Notes: generated from the letters alone by a model not told the origin. DNA of 64,000 nt from an uncultured Gammaproteobacteria bacterium (GCA_963764725.1 CAVXTM010000012.1:128001-192000), one strand, 5' to 3'; counted from the stretch's first letter, positions 48,843 through 59,713 are shown. Made by a program: numbers and translations.

Positions 48843-49667
48843 CTAACCTTCGTGCGGTCTTACCCCGAGAGGTGTCACAACGTACGCATGACCTGTAAGG
48901 CGACTGAGAAACATGGAAACCGCCACCACCGCCCCGGCCGCCAGTACCAGCCAGAAGGCTACGGGCATGGCCCCGGCGAGGCCATCCGATTCGAACTTCA
49001 CCCACATGTACACCGGCAGCGAGTGTGGGTTGTAAGCCATAATGAGTGTGGCCCCGAATTCGCCTAGCGCCCGGATCCACGCGAGCGTAATCCCCGCTGC
49101 AATCCCGGGCCAAGCCAACGGCAGAGAGATCCGCCGGAAAATTTGCCAGCGCGAATCGCCCAAGGTGGCTGCTGCCTGCTCCAGTTTGGGGTCCACGCTG
49201 GCGAATCCCGCGAGCGCGGAGATCACGACGAACGGCGAGGCTACAAAAAGCTGGGCCAAAACAATGCCTGCGATATTGTTGGTCAACTCGATGTTCCTGG
49301 CATCCAGCGGCTGGCCGATCATTCCGTACGGGCCGAACATCTGCAACAGCAGAATTCCGCCAGCCAGGCCCGGCACGACCATTGGCAGAAACACCAGGCT
49401 GATCCAAAGCCTCCTGAAAGGCAAGTTGGCCCGAGCCAGCAGGTAGCCGAGTGGCACGCCCAAGAAGGTCATAATGAGCGTGGAGATGACAGAGGCGGTT
49501 ACAGAAATCTTCAATGCTTGGCGGGCGTCCGGTTGTGTCAACGCGCTCATCCAGACTGACCAGTCGGCATGCAGCAGCAGGTTCATGATCGGCAGCACGA
49601 GATCGAGCAGGAGCAGGCTGCCTAGCAGTCCGAAGGCTATAAACGTCGGGTTCAGGTGTCGGCTCAT
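48843..49667 (-). CDS. modB: Molybdate/tungstate ABC permease
   Basis: GVPLGYLLAR, LPMVVP, QLFVASPF, EQAAATLG, WIRALGEFGAT. Confidence 0.88.
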   Translation of the reverse strand: MSRHLNPTFIAFGLLGSLLLLDLVLPIMNLLLHADWSVWMSALTQPDARQALKISVTASVISTLIMTFLGVPLGYLLARANLPFRRLWISLVFLPMVVPGLAGGILLLQMFGPYGMIGQPLDARNIELTNNIAGIVLAQLFVASPFVVISALAGFASVDPKLEQAAATLGDSRWQIFRRISLPLAWPGIAAGITLAWIRALGEFGATLIMAYNPHSLPVYMWVKFESDGLAGAMPVAFWLVLAAGAVVAVSMFLSRLTGHAYVVTPLGVRPHEG

Positions 49668-50647
49668 GGTTTGAATGTCCCTGAGACGAATTCGCGCAGC
49701 CCCGCCGGAACCTGCATTGTGTCTCCGCCGACCTGATGGTCCACGTTCCCGAATCCGAACTGCTTGAGTAAATCGTCCGCGGAAAGCAGGAAACGCACGA
49801 ACTCCAGGGCAGCCTCGCGGTGACGTACCGTCTCTGGAATTGTTATGGTGAAAAGGATGGGCGCGCCGCTGACCTGCACACCGGACGAAGTGGTGTAGGT
49901 TTGTCGTGCATAACGGGCGGCAAAGCGGGAATCACCTAGGCTGATCTCGGGCGGGAGACTGATGTAAGGCAACTTACGCGGCACAACCTCATGCTTGTAA
50001 AAAACTCCGGCATCAAACTGGCCGGATTCCACTTGGACCATCAGTACGATCTCAGGGAACACCTGGGCCGGGTTGCGGGGATCGCCCAATAAACCGGCTA
50101 GCTCCGGGCGACGGTAGTGCTGACCGGCCAGACCAAACATGAAAAGCGTCCTGTACCCCTTGGGGTCGATGCTTGGATCTCCCCGGCCAAAGCGTACACC
50201 CGGCGTCTCCAGGACCTCATACCACGGGATCCGGTTGGCTTCTGCTGCCTCAAATTTTGCCGCGAATTTGCTGCGCGGGTTGTAGCCGACCACGAGCTGC
50301 GAAGATGCTAGAACCATAAACCACTTTACCATGCTCCCATTTTTCGGGCCCATCAGCACGCTTTCATTCACCGCTGGATCTGCGCTGATGAAAACATCGG
50401 GCGTTCTCAGCCGACCGCGGATCATCTGCGCCGCGCCCAAAGATCCTTGCGCCTCACCCTGGTAGCCGTAGCCAGTGGCCTTGACAAAGGCCGGGCCGAC
50501 ACCGTTTTCCATGACTGCCGCCAGCGAACCCGCATAAAGGACGGAAACCGTGCGGTCCTGAGGACTGGCGGAGGCCGAAACGAAAGGCCAGACAAGCAAC
50601 ACGGCACAGAGGATTGCCACGGTTCGCTCACGCTTTGTACTGATCAT
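49664..50647 (-). CDS. Molybdate/tungstate substrate-binding protein (WtpA-like)
   Basis: VLYAGSL, GS..AAQ.I, DVFISAD, GRGDPSIDPKGYRT, ITIP. Confidence 0.85.
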   Translation of the reverse strand: MISTKRERTVAILCAVLLVWPFVSASASPQDRTVSVLYAGSLAAVMENGVGPAFVKATGYGYQGEAQGSLGAAQMIRGRLRTPDVFISADPAVNESVLMGPKNGSMVKWFMVLASSQLVVGYNPRSKFAAKFEAAEANRIPWYEVLETPGVRFGRGDPSIDPKGYRTLFMFGLAGQHYRRPELAGLLGDPRNPAQVFPEIVLMVQVESGQFDAGVFYKHEVVPRKLPYISLPPEISLGDSRFAARYARQTYTTSSGVQVSGAPILFTITIPETVRHREAALEFVRFLLSADDLLKQFGFGNVDHQVGGDTMQVPAGLREFVSGTFKP

Positions 50648-50704
50648 AATCTCCCCACAAGAAATTCCAGATGACCAAGCCGCAGCGGCACGTTACCTTC
50701 AGGG

Positions 50705-51916
50705 TCACGGTTTATGAAACGATGGATCATGTTGCTGGCCCAGCAAGGATTTTCCAATCGTCGCTAGAAGGTGATCGTCATTGTCATGACGGACATAGAA
50801 CGAAAGGTCCCGGTAAATCCGTTCCAGCGGACTGGGGCGGTTCAAGCTGCGCGCGCCGCATGCCCTGATGCACCGTTTCACCGCCTCTTCCGCCAGATGT
50901 TCCATGGTATGTCGGACACGGCTACCTGCCATCTGCGCCTCGGCGTGCCGTCCTGTTTCCCACATGCGCGCTACGTGGTAAAGCCACAAATATCCTGCTT
51001 CTACGTTGATTGCGCTCTGGGCGATGTGCTGCTGGATGTATGGATCTGCCCCTTTGGACTGGGAAGTTACGTATTCGATAGCAAACTCGTAGGCTGCTTC
51101 TGCTGCTCCTAGAAAGGTTGCGGCATAATGGGGAATGAAGCAGGTTTGCCAGCCATCGAGAAGATACTGGCCGGGGCGCCCGATCAGGTTACCGTCCGGG
51201 ACAAACGTACGATTGAACCGTACCACATGGCTTGCAGTTGCCCGCATGCCGATGGGATCCCACCAGGAGAGATCAATGCTCACCGACGGATCGGAAAGAT
51301 CGCACGCGAGCAAAAGTTGAGACGCAACCGCGCCGGTGCTATGTCTTGCCCCCCCCGGACCGGCCGTGCTCACTAGCAGGATGGCCCAGTGCGCGCCACC
51401 CGCGCTGGTGGCAAATGCCTTGCTTCCATCAACAACGTAGCCGCCCTCAACCTTGGTTGTCGTAGTTCCAAATTGCAACCTTTCTGAAGACGCTCGTGCC
51501 TGTGGTTCGCCGCACCAGGCAACCCATATTTCGCCCCGGCGCACGACACCATTGAACCAGCGTTCCTTTTGTTCATGCGTCCCCATGCCGTCAATCAAGA
51601 CCAGCGAATTGGCATGACCTTCCCAGCAGCGCGCCAGCGAAAGATCGGCTTTCGCGATTTCTTTGGTCATCAGCCAGAGCGTAAAGACATCTCCACGGTA
51701 AGGGCCAAGTCCCAGGCCGCCGTATTCAGACGGCACCACCGGGGCGAGCAATCCTGCGCGAAAAAGATCGGTGAAATCCTCCGCCGGAAAAACGGCTTCG
51801 TGATCGTAGACGCGCGCGCGAGGTGCGAAGTTAAGGCGCGCCAGGTCGCGCACAGCCTTCATGAGTTTTTGCTGCGTCGAGCTGAGTTCAATGGGTATCA
51901 CAAAATTGGGTTCCAT
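50705..51916 (-). CDS. Acyl-CoA dehydrogenase-family flavoprotein
   Basis: DG.KAFATSAGGA, WDPIGMRATASH, AATFLGAA, CGARSL, LERIYRD. Confidence 0.88.
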   Translation of the reverse strand: MEPNFVIPIELSSTQQKLMKAVRDLARLNFAPRARVYDHEAVFPAEDFTDLFRAGLLAPVVPSEYGGLGLGPYRGDVFTLWLMTKEIAKADLSLARCWEGHANSLVLIDGMGTHEQKERWFNGVVRRGEIWVAWCGEPQARASSERLQFGTTTTKVEGGYVVDGSKAFATSAGGAHWAILLVSTAGPGGARHSTGAVASQLLLACDLSDPSVSIDLSWWDPIGMRATASHVVRFNRTFVPDGNLIGRPGQYLLDGWQTCFIPHYAATFLGAAEAAYEFAIEYVTSQSKGADPYIQQHIAQSAINVEAGYLWLYHVARMWETGRHAEAQMAGSRVRHTMEHLAEEAVKRCIRACGARSLNRPSPLERIYRDLSFYVRHDNDDHLLATIGKSLLGQQHDPSFHKP

Positions 51917-52409
51917 CTCAGGAGCTGCGTTCTAGGCCTCGTGCACGTGTAGTTGTTCTGCCTGCAATCGGGTGTTGATGGAAAAACCCGACACCGCAAT
52001 CTCACGTCCTGTGGTTGGCCGGCATCGCTTTACCGACCATCATCTGAAACTGCTGAACCTGAGTCAAAAAACCTTATAGCCGTCCATGGCGAAATAGACA
52101 ACCACTGTATCGCGGCTCAGTGAAACGATGGCGAAGGGCAGGCCTTCATCCTCCCGTGCAACCAAGAATAAGAGATCCAATGGGTTTTCTCAACGGCCCC
52201 TCGTGTCAGCATAGTTATCGCCTCTTTATGCATCATGAGCATAAGGGATGCGGGATATGAACCTCACATTTGAACTCCGAGGAAAGAAATTGACCCCAGG
52301 TTGCCACTACTGTTGCCAGCGCGACTTGCCGCCCTTCGCTACGCCAGGCGGCCGCAAGCTCCAACAGATCCAGTTCATGCGGCATAGGGGTCCTCCCGGC
52401 AAATATGCC

Positions 52410-52691
52410 TCAAGACGTTACTTCTACGCCCTTCCAGAACGCCACGTAACCCGTGATTTTCGCCGCCGCTTGTTTCGGCTCCGGGTAGTACCACGCCGCT
52501 TCCTTGTTCACCGCGCCATTGACCACCACGTCGTAATAACTCGCCACCCCTTTCCACGGGCACACGGTATGGGCATCGGTCGGGCGTAAATATTCCGGTT
52601 TGATCGAATCAGGCGGAAAATAGGTATTACCTTCCACTGTCTCTACACGGTCGCTCTCCGCTAGCACCGTCCCTTTCCAAATAGCTTTCAT
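52410..52691 (-). CDS. DUF427 protein
   Basis: MKAIWKGTVLAES, VEGNTYFP, CPWKGVASYY, AAWYYPEP, VAFWKGV. Confidence 0.92.
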   Translation of the reverse strand: MKAIWKGTVLAESDRVETVEGNTYFPPDSIKPEYLRPTDAHTVCPWKGVASYYDVVVNGAVNKEAAWYYPEPKQAAAKITGYVAFWKGVEVTS

Positions 52692-52814
52692 TGTGATGTC
52701 CTCATCAGTCGAATAAAACGCTGGTTGGAGCTCATCCAACCTTATCAGCAGCAGGTCTGCAAGCACCCACCGCAACGACCGGAAAAGCCCGCGCAGATCC
52801 CGATCACAGTTGCC

Positions 52815-54194
52815 TCAGGCGAGTTCCCGCAGCTCACCGAGCATGGTGGGTACCAACTCGGAAACCGTAGGGTGTATATGCACAGCGCGAGTTATCACAG
52901 TATACGGCGCCTTTGCATACATCACGTCCAACAGCGAGTGAATCACCTCGTCACCCGTCACGCCGAGTATGGCCGCACCGAGGATTTCCTTAGTCTCCGC
53001 ATCCACGATGGCTTTCATGAAGCCTTGAGCCTCGCCTTTTTCCACCGCGCGACCGACCCGCGTCATGGGGCGGGTTGCGACCAGGGCATTGCGGCCGGAC
53101 TGCCTCACCTCGGCCTCCGTCATGCCCGCCCGGCCGAGCGGCGGGTCGATGAAGAGCCCATAGGTCGCAATGCGGTCGGACACCTTGCGCGGGTCATTGT
53201 CGAGCATATTCGCGGCGACGATTTCAAAATCATTGTATGACGTGTGAGTGAATGCGCCGCGGCCGTTGCAGTCGCCCAACGCCCAGATGCCGTGCACATT
53301 CGTGCGGAGTTGATCGTCCACCTTGACGTAGCCGCGCGCGTCGGTTTCCACACAAGCCTTGTCGAGGCCCAGATCGTCGGTGTTAGGTCTCCGCCCCACC
53401 GCCAGCAGCAAGTGAGATCCCTCGACCTCGCGATCTCCGCTCGCGCAGTCCAATCCAATTGCAATGCGATCGCCACGGTTCCGTGCAGTCATGCACTCGG
53501 CGTTGAGGCGGAGATTCACACCTTCGTTTTCCAGGATCTCCTGCACGGCATGGGACACATCCTTGTCTTCGCGCTGGATCAGGCGCGGCCCCTTTTCGAC
53601 GATGGTGACCTCTGCCCCGAAGCGCCGGAACATCTGCCCAAACTCGAGCCCGATGTAGCTTCCGCCGATGATGACCAGGTGCTCAGGTAAATAGTCCACC
53701 TCCATCATGCTGGAGTTGGTGAGATAGGGTACCTGATCCAGCCCGGGCATGGGCGGGACTAACGCTCGTCCGCCCACGTTGATAAAGATCTTGTCGCTCT
53801 CCAGCAGATCACCGTTGACTCTGACCGTATGAGGACTTTCGAAGCGCGCATGACCCTGGTACACGGTACCGTTTTCCAAGCCGCGCATCCACTTTTCGAC
53901 ATTTTGGTTGTAACGCCCGGAGATCTCGTCCTTGCGCGCTTTCACGCGCTTCATGTCGACGCTGATCGGGCCGCCCACGGTGACGCCGTATTCGGCGGCA
54001 CGGCGCACCAGATGAGCGGCATACGCGCTGGCCACTAGGGTCTTTGTGGGAATACAACCCGTGTTCACGCAGGTGCCGCCGAACAGTTTGCGCTCAATGA
54101 TCGCCACCCTCATTCCCGTCGCGGAAAGACGAGCGGCGAGGGCCGGCCCGGACTGCCCGGTACCGATGATGATCGCAGCGAATCGCGTTGTCAT
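52815..54194 (-). CDS. FAD-dependent pyridine nucleotide-disulfide oxidoreductase (RclA/MerA-like, not MerA)
   Basis: IGTGQSG, GGTCVNTGCIPTK, GGSYIGLE, ALGDCNG, HIHPTVSE; no C-terminal Cys-Cys. Confidence 0.9.
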   Translation of the reverse strand: MTTRFAAIIIGTGQSGPALAARLSATGMRVAIIERKLFGGTCVNTGCIPTKTLVASAYAAHLVRRAAEYGVTVGGPISVDMKRVKARKDEISGRYNQNVEKWMRGLENGTVYQGHARFESPHTVRVNGDLLESDKIFINVGGRALVPPMPGLDQVPYLTNSSMMEVDYLPEHLVIIGGSYIGLEFGQMFRRFGAEVTIVEKGPRLIQREDKDVSHAVQEILENEGVNLRLNAECMTARNRGDRIAIGLDCASGDREVEGSHLLLAVGRRPNTDDLGLDKACVETDARGYVKVDDQLRTNVHGIWALGDCNGRGAFTHTSYNDFEIVAANMLDNDPRKVSDRIATYGLFIDPPLGRAGMTEAEVRQSGRNALVATRPMTRVGRAVEKGEAQGFMKAIVDAETKEILGAAILGVTGDEVIHSLLDVMYAKAPYTVITRAVHIHPTVSELVPTMLGELRELA

Positions 54195-54321
54195 AAAGTT
54201 CTCCTTCGTTTCCCGAAAGATTACGATCTGGATCGATCATGCACGGCTTCGTTAAGTTCCATGCCATTTTTCGATTAATGCCGAGCGTAATCGGCAGGGA
54301 GCCCATTTTTTGGTGCTCCAT

Positions 54322-55551
54322 CTACTCGATCAGGCGTGTCCGGATATCGATCTCCGAGGTAAGCGTCCTGTGAACAGGACACTTCCCGGCGATCTCGATC
54401 AGCTTCGATCGCTGCTCCTCGGCCAACGCTCCCGTGACTTCAATGCTCCGATCGATCCGATCAATCATTCCCTCGCGGGTCTCGCATTCCTCACAGTCGG
54501 TAGCATAGATCTTGTTGTGCGCCAGGCGTACCGAGATTCGGTCGAGAGGCCATTGCTTACGGTCGGCGTACATGCGCAAGGTCATGGCCGTGCAGGCGCC
54601 CAGCCCAGCGAGCAAGTAGTCGTAGGGGCCGGGCCCGGTGTCGGTGCCGCCGGCCGCGAGCGGTTCGTCAGCGGTCAGCACGTGACGGCCGACCCGCACC
54701 CGTTCGGCGAACTGGCCCGCGCCGGTCTCCTCGACGATCACCATACCCGGCGGGATTTCAGCCGCCGTTTCTGCCGCTAGCTCGGCGTTACCGACGTAGC
54801 GCGTCGCCCACGCCGCCAGCACGCCGGCAACGTAGGCGGCGTCCTCACGCCGGGTCAGCAGGTGATCGGCGGTGTCCAGCGAGACGAAGCTCTTCGGATG
54901 ACGTGCCTTGGCGAAGATTTGCGCAGCGTTGTCGATGCCGACGATTTCATCCTTGGGGCCGTGAAAGATCAGTAGCGGCTTGCGCATCGACGCGATGGCC
55001 TCGTCGAGACGCTGGTGGGCGATGTCGTCGAGAAACTCGCGACGGATGCGAAAGCTGCGGCCGGCGAGCTTTACCTCTGCCTGGCCATCACGCTCGATTG
55101 CCGTCACCGCGTCCCCGAAGAGATGACATACGTGCGTTGGGTCGGCCGGAGCGTTGATGGTGGCGACAGCCGTAGCTTCATGGATCCGCCCCGCGGCCGC
55201 GAGCACCGCCGCACCGCCGAGGCTGTGGCCGATGACGAGCCTAGGCGCACGGCGGGTGGCGCGCAGGAAGTCCGCTGCAGCAAGCAAGTCCTCCACGTTG
55301 GAGGAGAAGTCAGTGCTGGCGAAATCGCCTCCGCTCCCACCAAGGCCGGTAAAGTCGAAGCGCAGCACCGCTATGCCGCGCTCGGCCAGTGCCGCGCTGA
55401 TGCGGCTCGCCGCGAGTGAGTCCTTGGAGCAAGTGAAGCAGTGCGCAAATAGCGCGTAAGCGGCCGGCTCGCCGGCGGGAACATCGAGCCGCGCCGCCAG
55501 GATAGCCCCGCGCGATCCGGGGAACTCAATACGTTCGATGCGTGTGGTCAT
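54322..55551 (-). CDS. Bifunctional alpha/beta hydrolase / OsmC family protein
   Basis: AHCFTCSKD, RFDFTGLG, GHSLGG, ADHLL; ADEP..GG...GP.PYD.L..GLGACT.MT, KCPVHRTL. Confidence 0.93.
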   Translation of the reverse strand: MTTRIERIEFPGSRGAILAARLDVPAGEPAAYALFAHCFTCSKDSLAASRISAALAERGIAVLRFDFTGLGGSGGDFASTDFSSNVEDLLAAADFLRATRRAPRLVIGHSLGGAAVLAAAGRIHEATAVATINAPADPTHVCHLFGDAVTAIERDGQAEVKLAGRSFRIRREFLDDIAHQRLDEAIASMRKPLLIFHGPKDEIVGIDNAAQIFAKARHPKSFVSLDTADHLLTRREDAAYVAGVLAAWATRYVGNAELAAETAAEIPPGMVIVEETGAGQFAERVRVGRHVLTADEPLAAGGTDTGPGPYDYLLAGLGACTAMTLRMYADRKQWPLDRISVRLAHNKIYATDCEECETREGMIDRIDRSIEVTGALAEEQRSKLIEIAGKCPVHRTLTSEIDIRTRLIE

Positions 55552-55919
55552 GCCTCCCTCCATTCCTAGGCGAATGAGGTCCCACGAAGAACTCGTGCCC
55601 GCCTGCACCTGAGTGCTGTCGACCGGCGACGGCGGCTACCTGCCCGCTAAGATCGATCGACAAGGCCCCGTTGAAGATCTCGATCGTGTCCCTGTTGATT
55701 TCCCGAAAGCTCAGTAAATACGCGACGACGACCGAATTGCCGTGCGGGATGAGAATATTAAAAGGACCCTATTCTTCAAAAGGGAAGATTATGACTGGAC
55801 CTGTTAACTGTCAAACACGCGGGTCCTGGATCCAGGATCGCGGCTTCAAAGCTGGTTACGACAACCTACCGCTAGCACGGACTTCCAGTCATGGTAGCCG
55901 CGTTTATGCCATGCGGCGA

Positions 55920-57408
55920 TTAACGAGCGGCGAACTGCTCCTCGGTCGGTTCCGCACAACAATACCATGGCTCGCTAAGCTGAGCCGGAGCGAATCGCGC
56001 ACCCATTGCAGGCAGGGATGGGACCGGACGACCGGCACGTTCATGAGCGAGTTTCCATATTTCGCTGAAGATCTGATCATTCGGCTTCGTGGCGCCTTGC
56101 TGCACAAGCGCCCTAACTTGCGTTTGGAGCGTGTTGACCTCAGGGTCTGGGTTCGACCACGGATAGACAAGCGCCGCTTCATCAAGGGAGCCCACTAGGG
56201 CACACACCTCCGGAAGCTCAAGCAGCCGCGAGCCCGGCGGGATCAGCAAGCGAATCGTCAATTGTACCGGTGCGACCGATCGGATCAGGTCAAGTTGGGC
56301 AATCACATTTAAGAGTTCCAGGTAGCCGGCCAGAGTGATCCAGGGCGTGAACGCCACGAAGGTTGGGGCCAGCGATAAGCCTACCTCGTTGACGAGCCGC
56401 ACTACCCGGAAGAAATCCTCCCGCGTATGGCCCTTCTCTAGAATCGCCAAGATCTGGTCGTCCACCGATTCCACCGCCGTGGTCACGAATAGGCAGCCCG
56501 TCTCTTTTAACACTGGCAGCAGCTTTCTATGTGCCAAGAGATGCTCCACCTTAATCGTCACATCGTAGGTCAGCTCGAGGAAGCTCCTCGTGCACCGCCC
56601 TGACGATCCGGAGCGCATGCGTAGGACCATTAAAGAAGTCCGGGTCCCCGAAAGTGATGTGCCGTGCGCCCGCTGCAGCTTGCTGGCGAACGTCCTCAAG
56701 GACGATTTCGCGAGGGATGATGCGAAACCGGCCATTGTAGACTGGCACCACCGGACAGTGCCGGCACCGGTGTTTGCAACCGCGGCTCGCCTCCACATAG
56801 CCGGCTGTCCGCCTATCTCCGTTCGGCAACCGCAAATAGGCATACCGATCGAGGTCGGGAAGGCCTCCGCGATCGGGGATGACGAAATCCTGCCGGGCGA
56901 GCGAGATCCGCGGCTCCGGCTGCTCGCCCGGCATTGCTTCCACACCGCGCTCGATGCGTTGCGCCAGGGCGGTGAGTCCTTCTTCGAACTCACCGCCCAA
57001 TACGGTCTGGACGCCTAGGTGTCGCAAGTAGACCTCGTTCATCGGCGCATAGAGCCCATAGGCGGCGATATGCGCGCTCGGGTTCAAGCCTCGCACCTCA
57101 GGGATCATCCGCGCCGCCAGACGGGTGGCCGTGTGCATCGGAACGTAAAAGGCGATGAGGTCGGCTCCGCGAAATACCTCGTCATCGAGACACTCCACCG
57201 CGAGGTCCAGTGTCTTCACTAGAGCACCCCGTTGCCGCAGCATTGCAGCTGGCTCGGCTAGGCCGAAAGGCTGATGGCCTAGCGCATAGGTCGAGACCAA
57301 CAACACCCGCGTAGGGCGCTTAGCTTCGACGGCTCGGACCTTCCACCCGTCGGGCGGGCAGCCGACTCGGCCACACGCACTCGACGTGCTTAACGGACTG
57401 GCGTCCAT
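55920..57408 (-). pseudogene. CUAEP/CCAEP-tail radical SAM protein, frameshift near 56580 (possibly sequencing error)
   Basis: VLLVSTY.LGHQPFGLA, EASRGCKHRCRHCP, HITFGDPDFFNGP; the second frame gives LTYDVTIKVEHLL...LSEPWYCCAEPT. Confidence 0.8.
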
Positions 57409-57432
57409 TTCCGCTTAGCGAAACGCGCTCTG

Positions 57433-59097
57433 TTATCGGATCACGAAGGTATGACGATCGACGGTCGTTGTGACCTCTATTTCACCCTCGCCGATGGCCT
57501 TCCATTCTTTAAAAGACGCGCCGTCTTGTAGAACCTTACGTTCCTTGCCCTCTAGATTGGTGACCTTGAAGGTCGTTTTACCGCCTGTTTTCTTATGGTC
57601 TCCGGGTAATAGGGCTACCATCAAAGCGCCCAAGCTTTCATCGTAGTAGGCTTGCCCGACACTGACCGTCGGATAGTCGATACTAGAAACGGTAGGCTGG
57701 TGGAATTTCTTCAGGTTGGGCTCATTGTACAGGCGATACCAGCTACCCTGTCCCCCGGCAACCGTCATTAGCAGCCAGTCGTTGGGCCAACCCCGAGGCC
57801 AAGGTTCATCGAGGCCGAATTGATAGTAGAATTCGCCCTCCTTCGCGGTGGGCTGATAGCGCGTAGTCGCCCAGGTCATCAGTTGGGCATGGGTATCCAA
57901 GTCGCCGAACTCCCAAGCGCATGCCGCTGCGGCGCCAAAACCGACCAAATCCTCTCCACCGCCTAGCTCCGGCGGGAAGTTGATGTGGGCAGATCCATCG
58001 GGCTCTTTGACCATAAACTTCTTCTTTGCCCCGGCATACAAGCGCCGGGCGAGATTCTGATCGTCGGGCCAATACTGGTAAGCGCAGCAGAACCAGTTGC
58101 CCGGGATCTGATGCTTAGGCCCATTCATGTTATAGGGTATGTCACGATCGTAGTATATGGAGGCCCACTCATAAGGCCCATCGGATCCCTTGGCTCCGCC
58201 GACGAGGTTCTGCTTGGCCCAGTCCAGCCACCGATAATAGCCAGTTTGGTAATTGGTGTTATGGATTTTGTCGAGTATCTTCATACCGAGGCCACCGACG
58301 CTGACGCACCACGGAAAGACCTTCCCTACCTCACAGTCGATCCCAGGGGTGAGATCGGTCCCGCCTTCGTCCACTGGCGCCGTAAATTGGTCGTAGAGCA
58401 CTTTTGCCATCTGCTTTTGCGTATACTTGAATTTTATTTTGTCGTCGTACACCAGCTCGATCGGTTCATCGTACTTGGCACTGCCACAGACAACTTCATA
58501 GAGGCCAATCATGTTGACCAGGTATCCCTTGCCCATCATATAGGACCCGCCGTTGCCGTAGATAGGATCCGGATTGTATTTGCGACCGACAGGGGGCGCG
58601 TGTGGCTGGGTGTAGGGGGAGGTGCGCCTTACTTCTTTCGGGGGCACCTTGGTCGCGAGCCCGTTTCCGTAGTAGCCGGGCGCGTTGTATACGCCCGCCC
58701 ATCCGGGTGGCATGTTCTTATCGTAGTAATCAAAGGGGTACTGGGCGCGGTTGGGGTCCAGGCCCTTCTGCTCTACGAGATCGAACCACGCCGCGTACTG
58801 GGTCATCCGCTGGACCATCAGGTCGATGATCTCCGTGCAGCCCTCTCGCCAGGCGGGTATCTCCTGGGCGATCTTTGCGGTGACCCGCGTCGACCATTCG
58901 AGGTCATAGCGAGGATACATGTACCAGGGGAAGATGCTCCATCTGTCCCAGGCATCCGAGATTTCACCTCCCTTGGTCCAGTCATCCTTCACATGTGATT
59001 TTCTCCAGAGAAATTTCAATACCCCGCGCGCTTCATCGGAGAGGGACGGATATCCAGGGACCACATGCAAGGATCTCATCGTTTCTACCGTAGCCAT
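57433..59097 (-). CDS. Linalool dehydratase/isomerase-like protein
   Basis: RYDL, PAWRE, DPI.....MMGKGYL, GIDCEVGKVFPWC resemble LinD segments; C-terminal P.V..IDYP.V.V.QAYYD. Confidence 0.65.
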   Translation of the reverse strand: MATVETMRSLHVVPGYPSLSDEARGVLKFLWRKSHVKDDWTKGGEISDAWDRWSIFPWYMYPRYDLEWSTRVTAKIAQEIPAWREGCTEIIDLMVQRMTQYAAWFDLVEQKGLDPNRAQYPFDYYDKNMPPGWAGVYNAPGYYGNGLATKVPPKEVRRTSPYTQPHAPPVGRKYNPDPIYGNGGSYMMGKGYLVNMIGLYEVVCGSAKYDEPIELVYDDKIKFKYTQKQMAKVLYDQFTAPVDEGGTDLTPGIDCEVGKVFPWCVSVGGLGMKILDKIHNTNYQTGYYRWLDWAKQNLVGGAKGSDGPYEWASIYYDRDIPYNMNGPKHQIPGNWFCCAYQYWPDDQNLARRLYAGAKKKFMVKEPDGSAHINFPPELGGGEDLVGFGAAAACAWEFGDLDTHAQLMTWATTRYQPTAKEGEFYYQFGLDEPWPRGWPNDWLLMTVAGGQGSWYRLYNEPNLKKFHQPTVSSIDYPTVSVGQAYYDESLGALMVALLPGDHKKTGGKTTFKVTNLEGKERKVLQDGASFKEWKAIGEGEIEVTTTVDRHTFVIR

Positions 59098-59207
59098 CGT
59101 TCACCTCCTCATTTCGTTTCATGTTCACTCTTTAAGTAACATCAAGGTTGCATCATGCGTGACCGGTTAACGCTTGTAATCACGCGGCTTAGCCGGCACC
59201 GAGTCCT

Positions 59208-59660
59208 CTAATGGCGCGAAATGAACGCTCTTAGTCGGTCCCAAACGGGACTGCTACCAAAAAAGAACGTTTGTTCCTCCGCGAGCAGGACAGTCGGCGC
59301 GCCACCACTCGAGATTTCGCCGGCATGGGCAAGGGTTTCTTTGCCGCCCGCGGATTTCGCACAGGTTTGCAAGGCCTCCAGGGACGGGAAATGGATCTCG
59401 GCGATCCGATAAAACGGTGGCGGTGTCCCATCCGGTGTTGCTACAACCTTAGTCGCTACAAACCGTGTCTTGCCGACAAGTTTTTTCACAATCATCGGCA
59501 CATGCTCTTCGTGATAAAGCTTCTCAAATGCCTCGAAGCTCATGGCGTATTCGGAGGAGAGTCCATCGGACATCGACATGTCCTCGTCCTCGTAAAGCTT
59601 CTCGAACGCCCTAATATCATGTGGGCACGGATACATCACAATTAGCTTAATATCAACCAC
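59208..59660 (-). CDS. EthD-family protein (with internal duplication)
   Basis: KLIVMYP, FEKLY twice, EEHVPM, FYRIAEIHFPSLEALQ; SD GGAGG before GTG. Confidence 0.8.
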   Translation of the reverse strand: MVDIKLIVMYPCPHDIRAFEKLYEDEDMSMSDGLSSEYAMSFEAFEKLYHEEHVPMIVKKLVGKTRFVATKVVATPDGTPPPFYRIAEIHFPSLEALQTCAKSAGGKETLAHAGEISSGGAPTVLLAEEQTFFFGSSPVWDRLRAFISRH

Positions 59661-59713
59661 AGCACCCTCCTTTTCATAACAGCTAAGTCCCACAGGGAAT
59701 GTGCGCAAATCAG

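Noticed and set aside
17720-52400. Central cluster as a self-mobile element
   Set aside because: No integrase, transposase, tRNA anchor or terminal direct repeats were found by eye. Foreign origin is suggested only by visibly lower GC in parts.
52815-54194. merA
   Set aside because: No C-terminal Cys-Cys, no NmerA domain, and no mer operon genes nearby.
55950-55970. Selenocysteine in the radical SAM tail
   Set aside because: The codons are TGT TGT (CCAEP); there is no in-frame TGA.
57985-58998. 337-aa plus-strand ORF, and similar long antisense ORFs (3260-4030, 16438-17280, 43512-44294)
   Set aside because: These are shadows of well-supported opposite-strand genes in GC-rich DNA and have no recognisable motifs.
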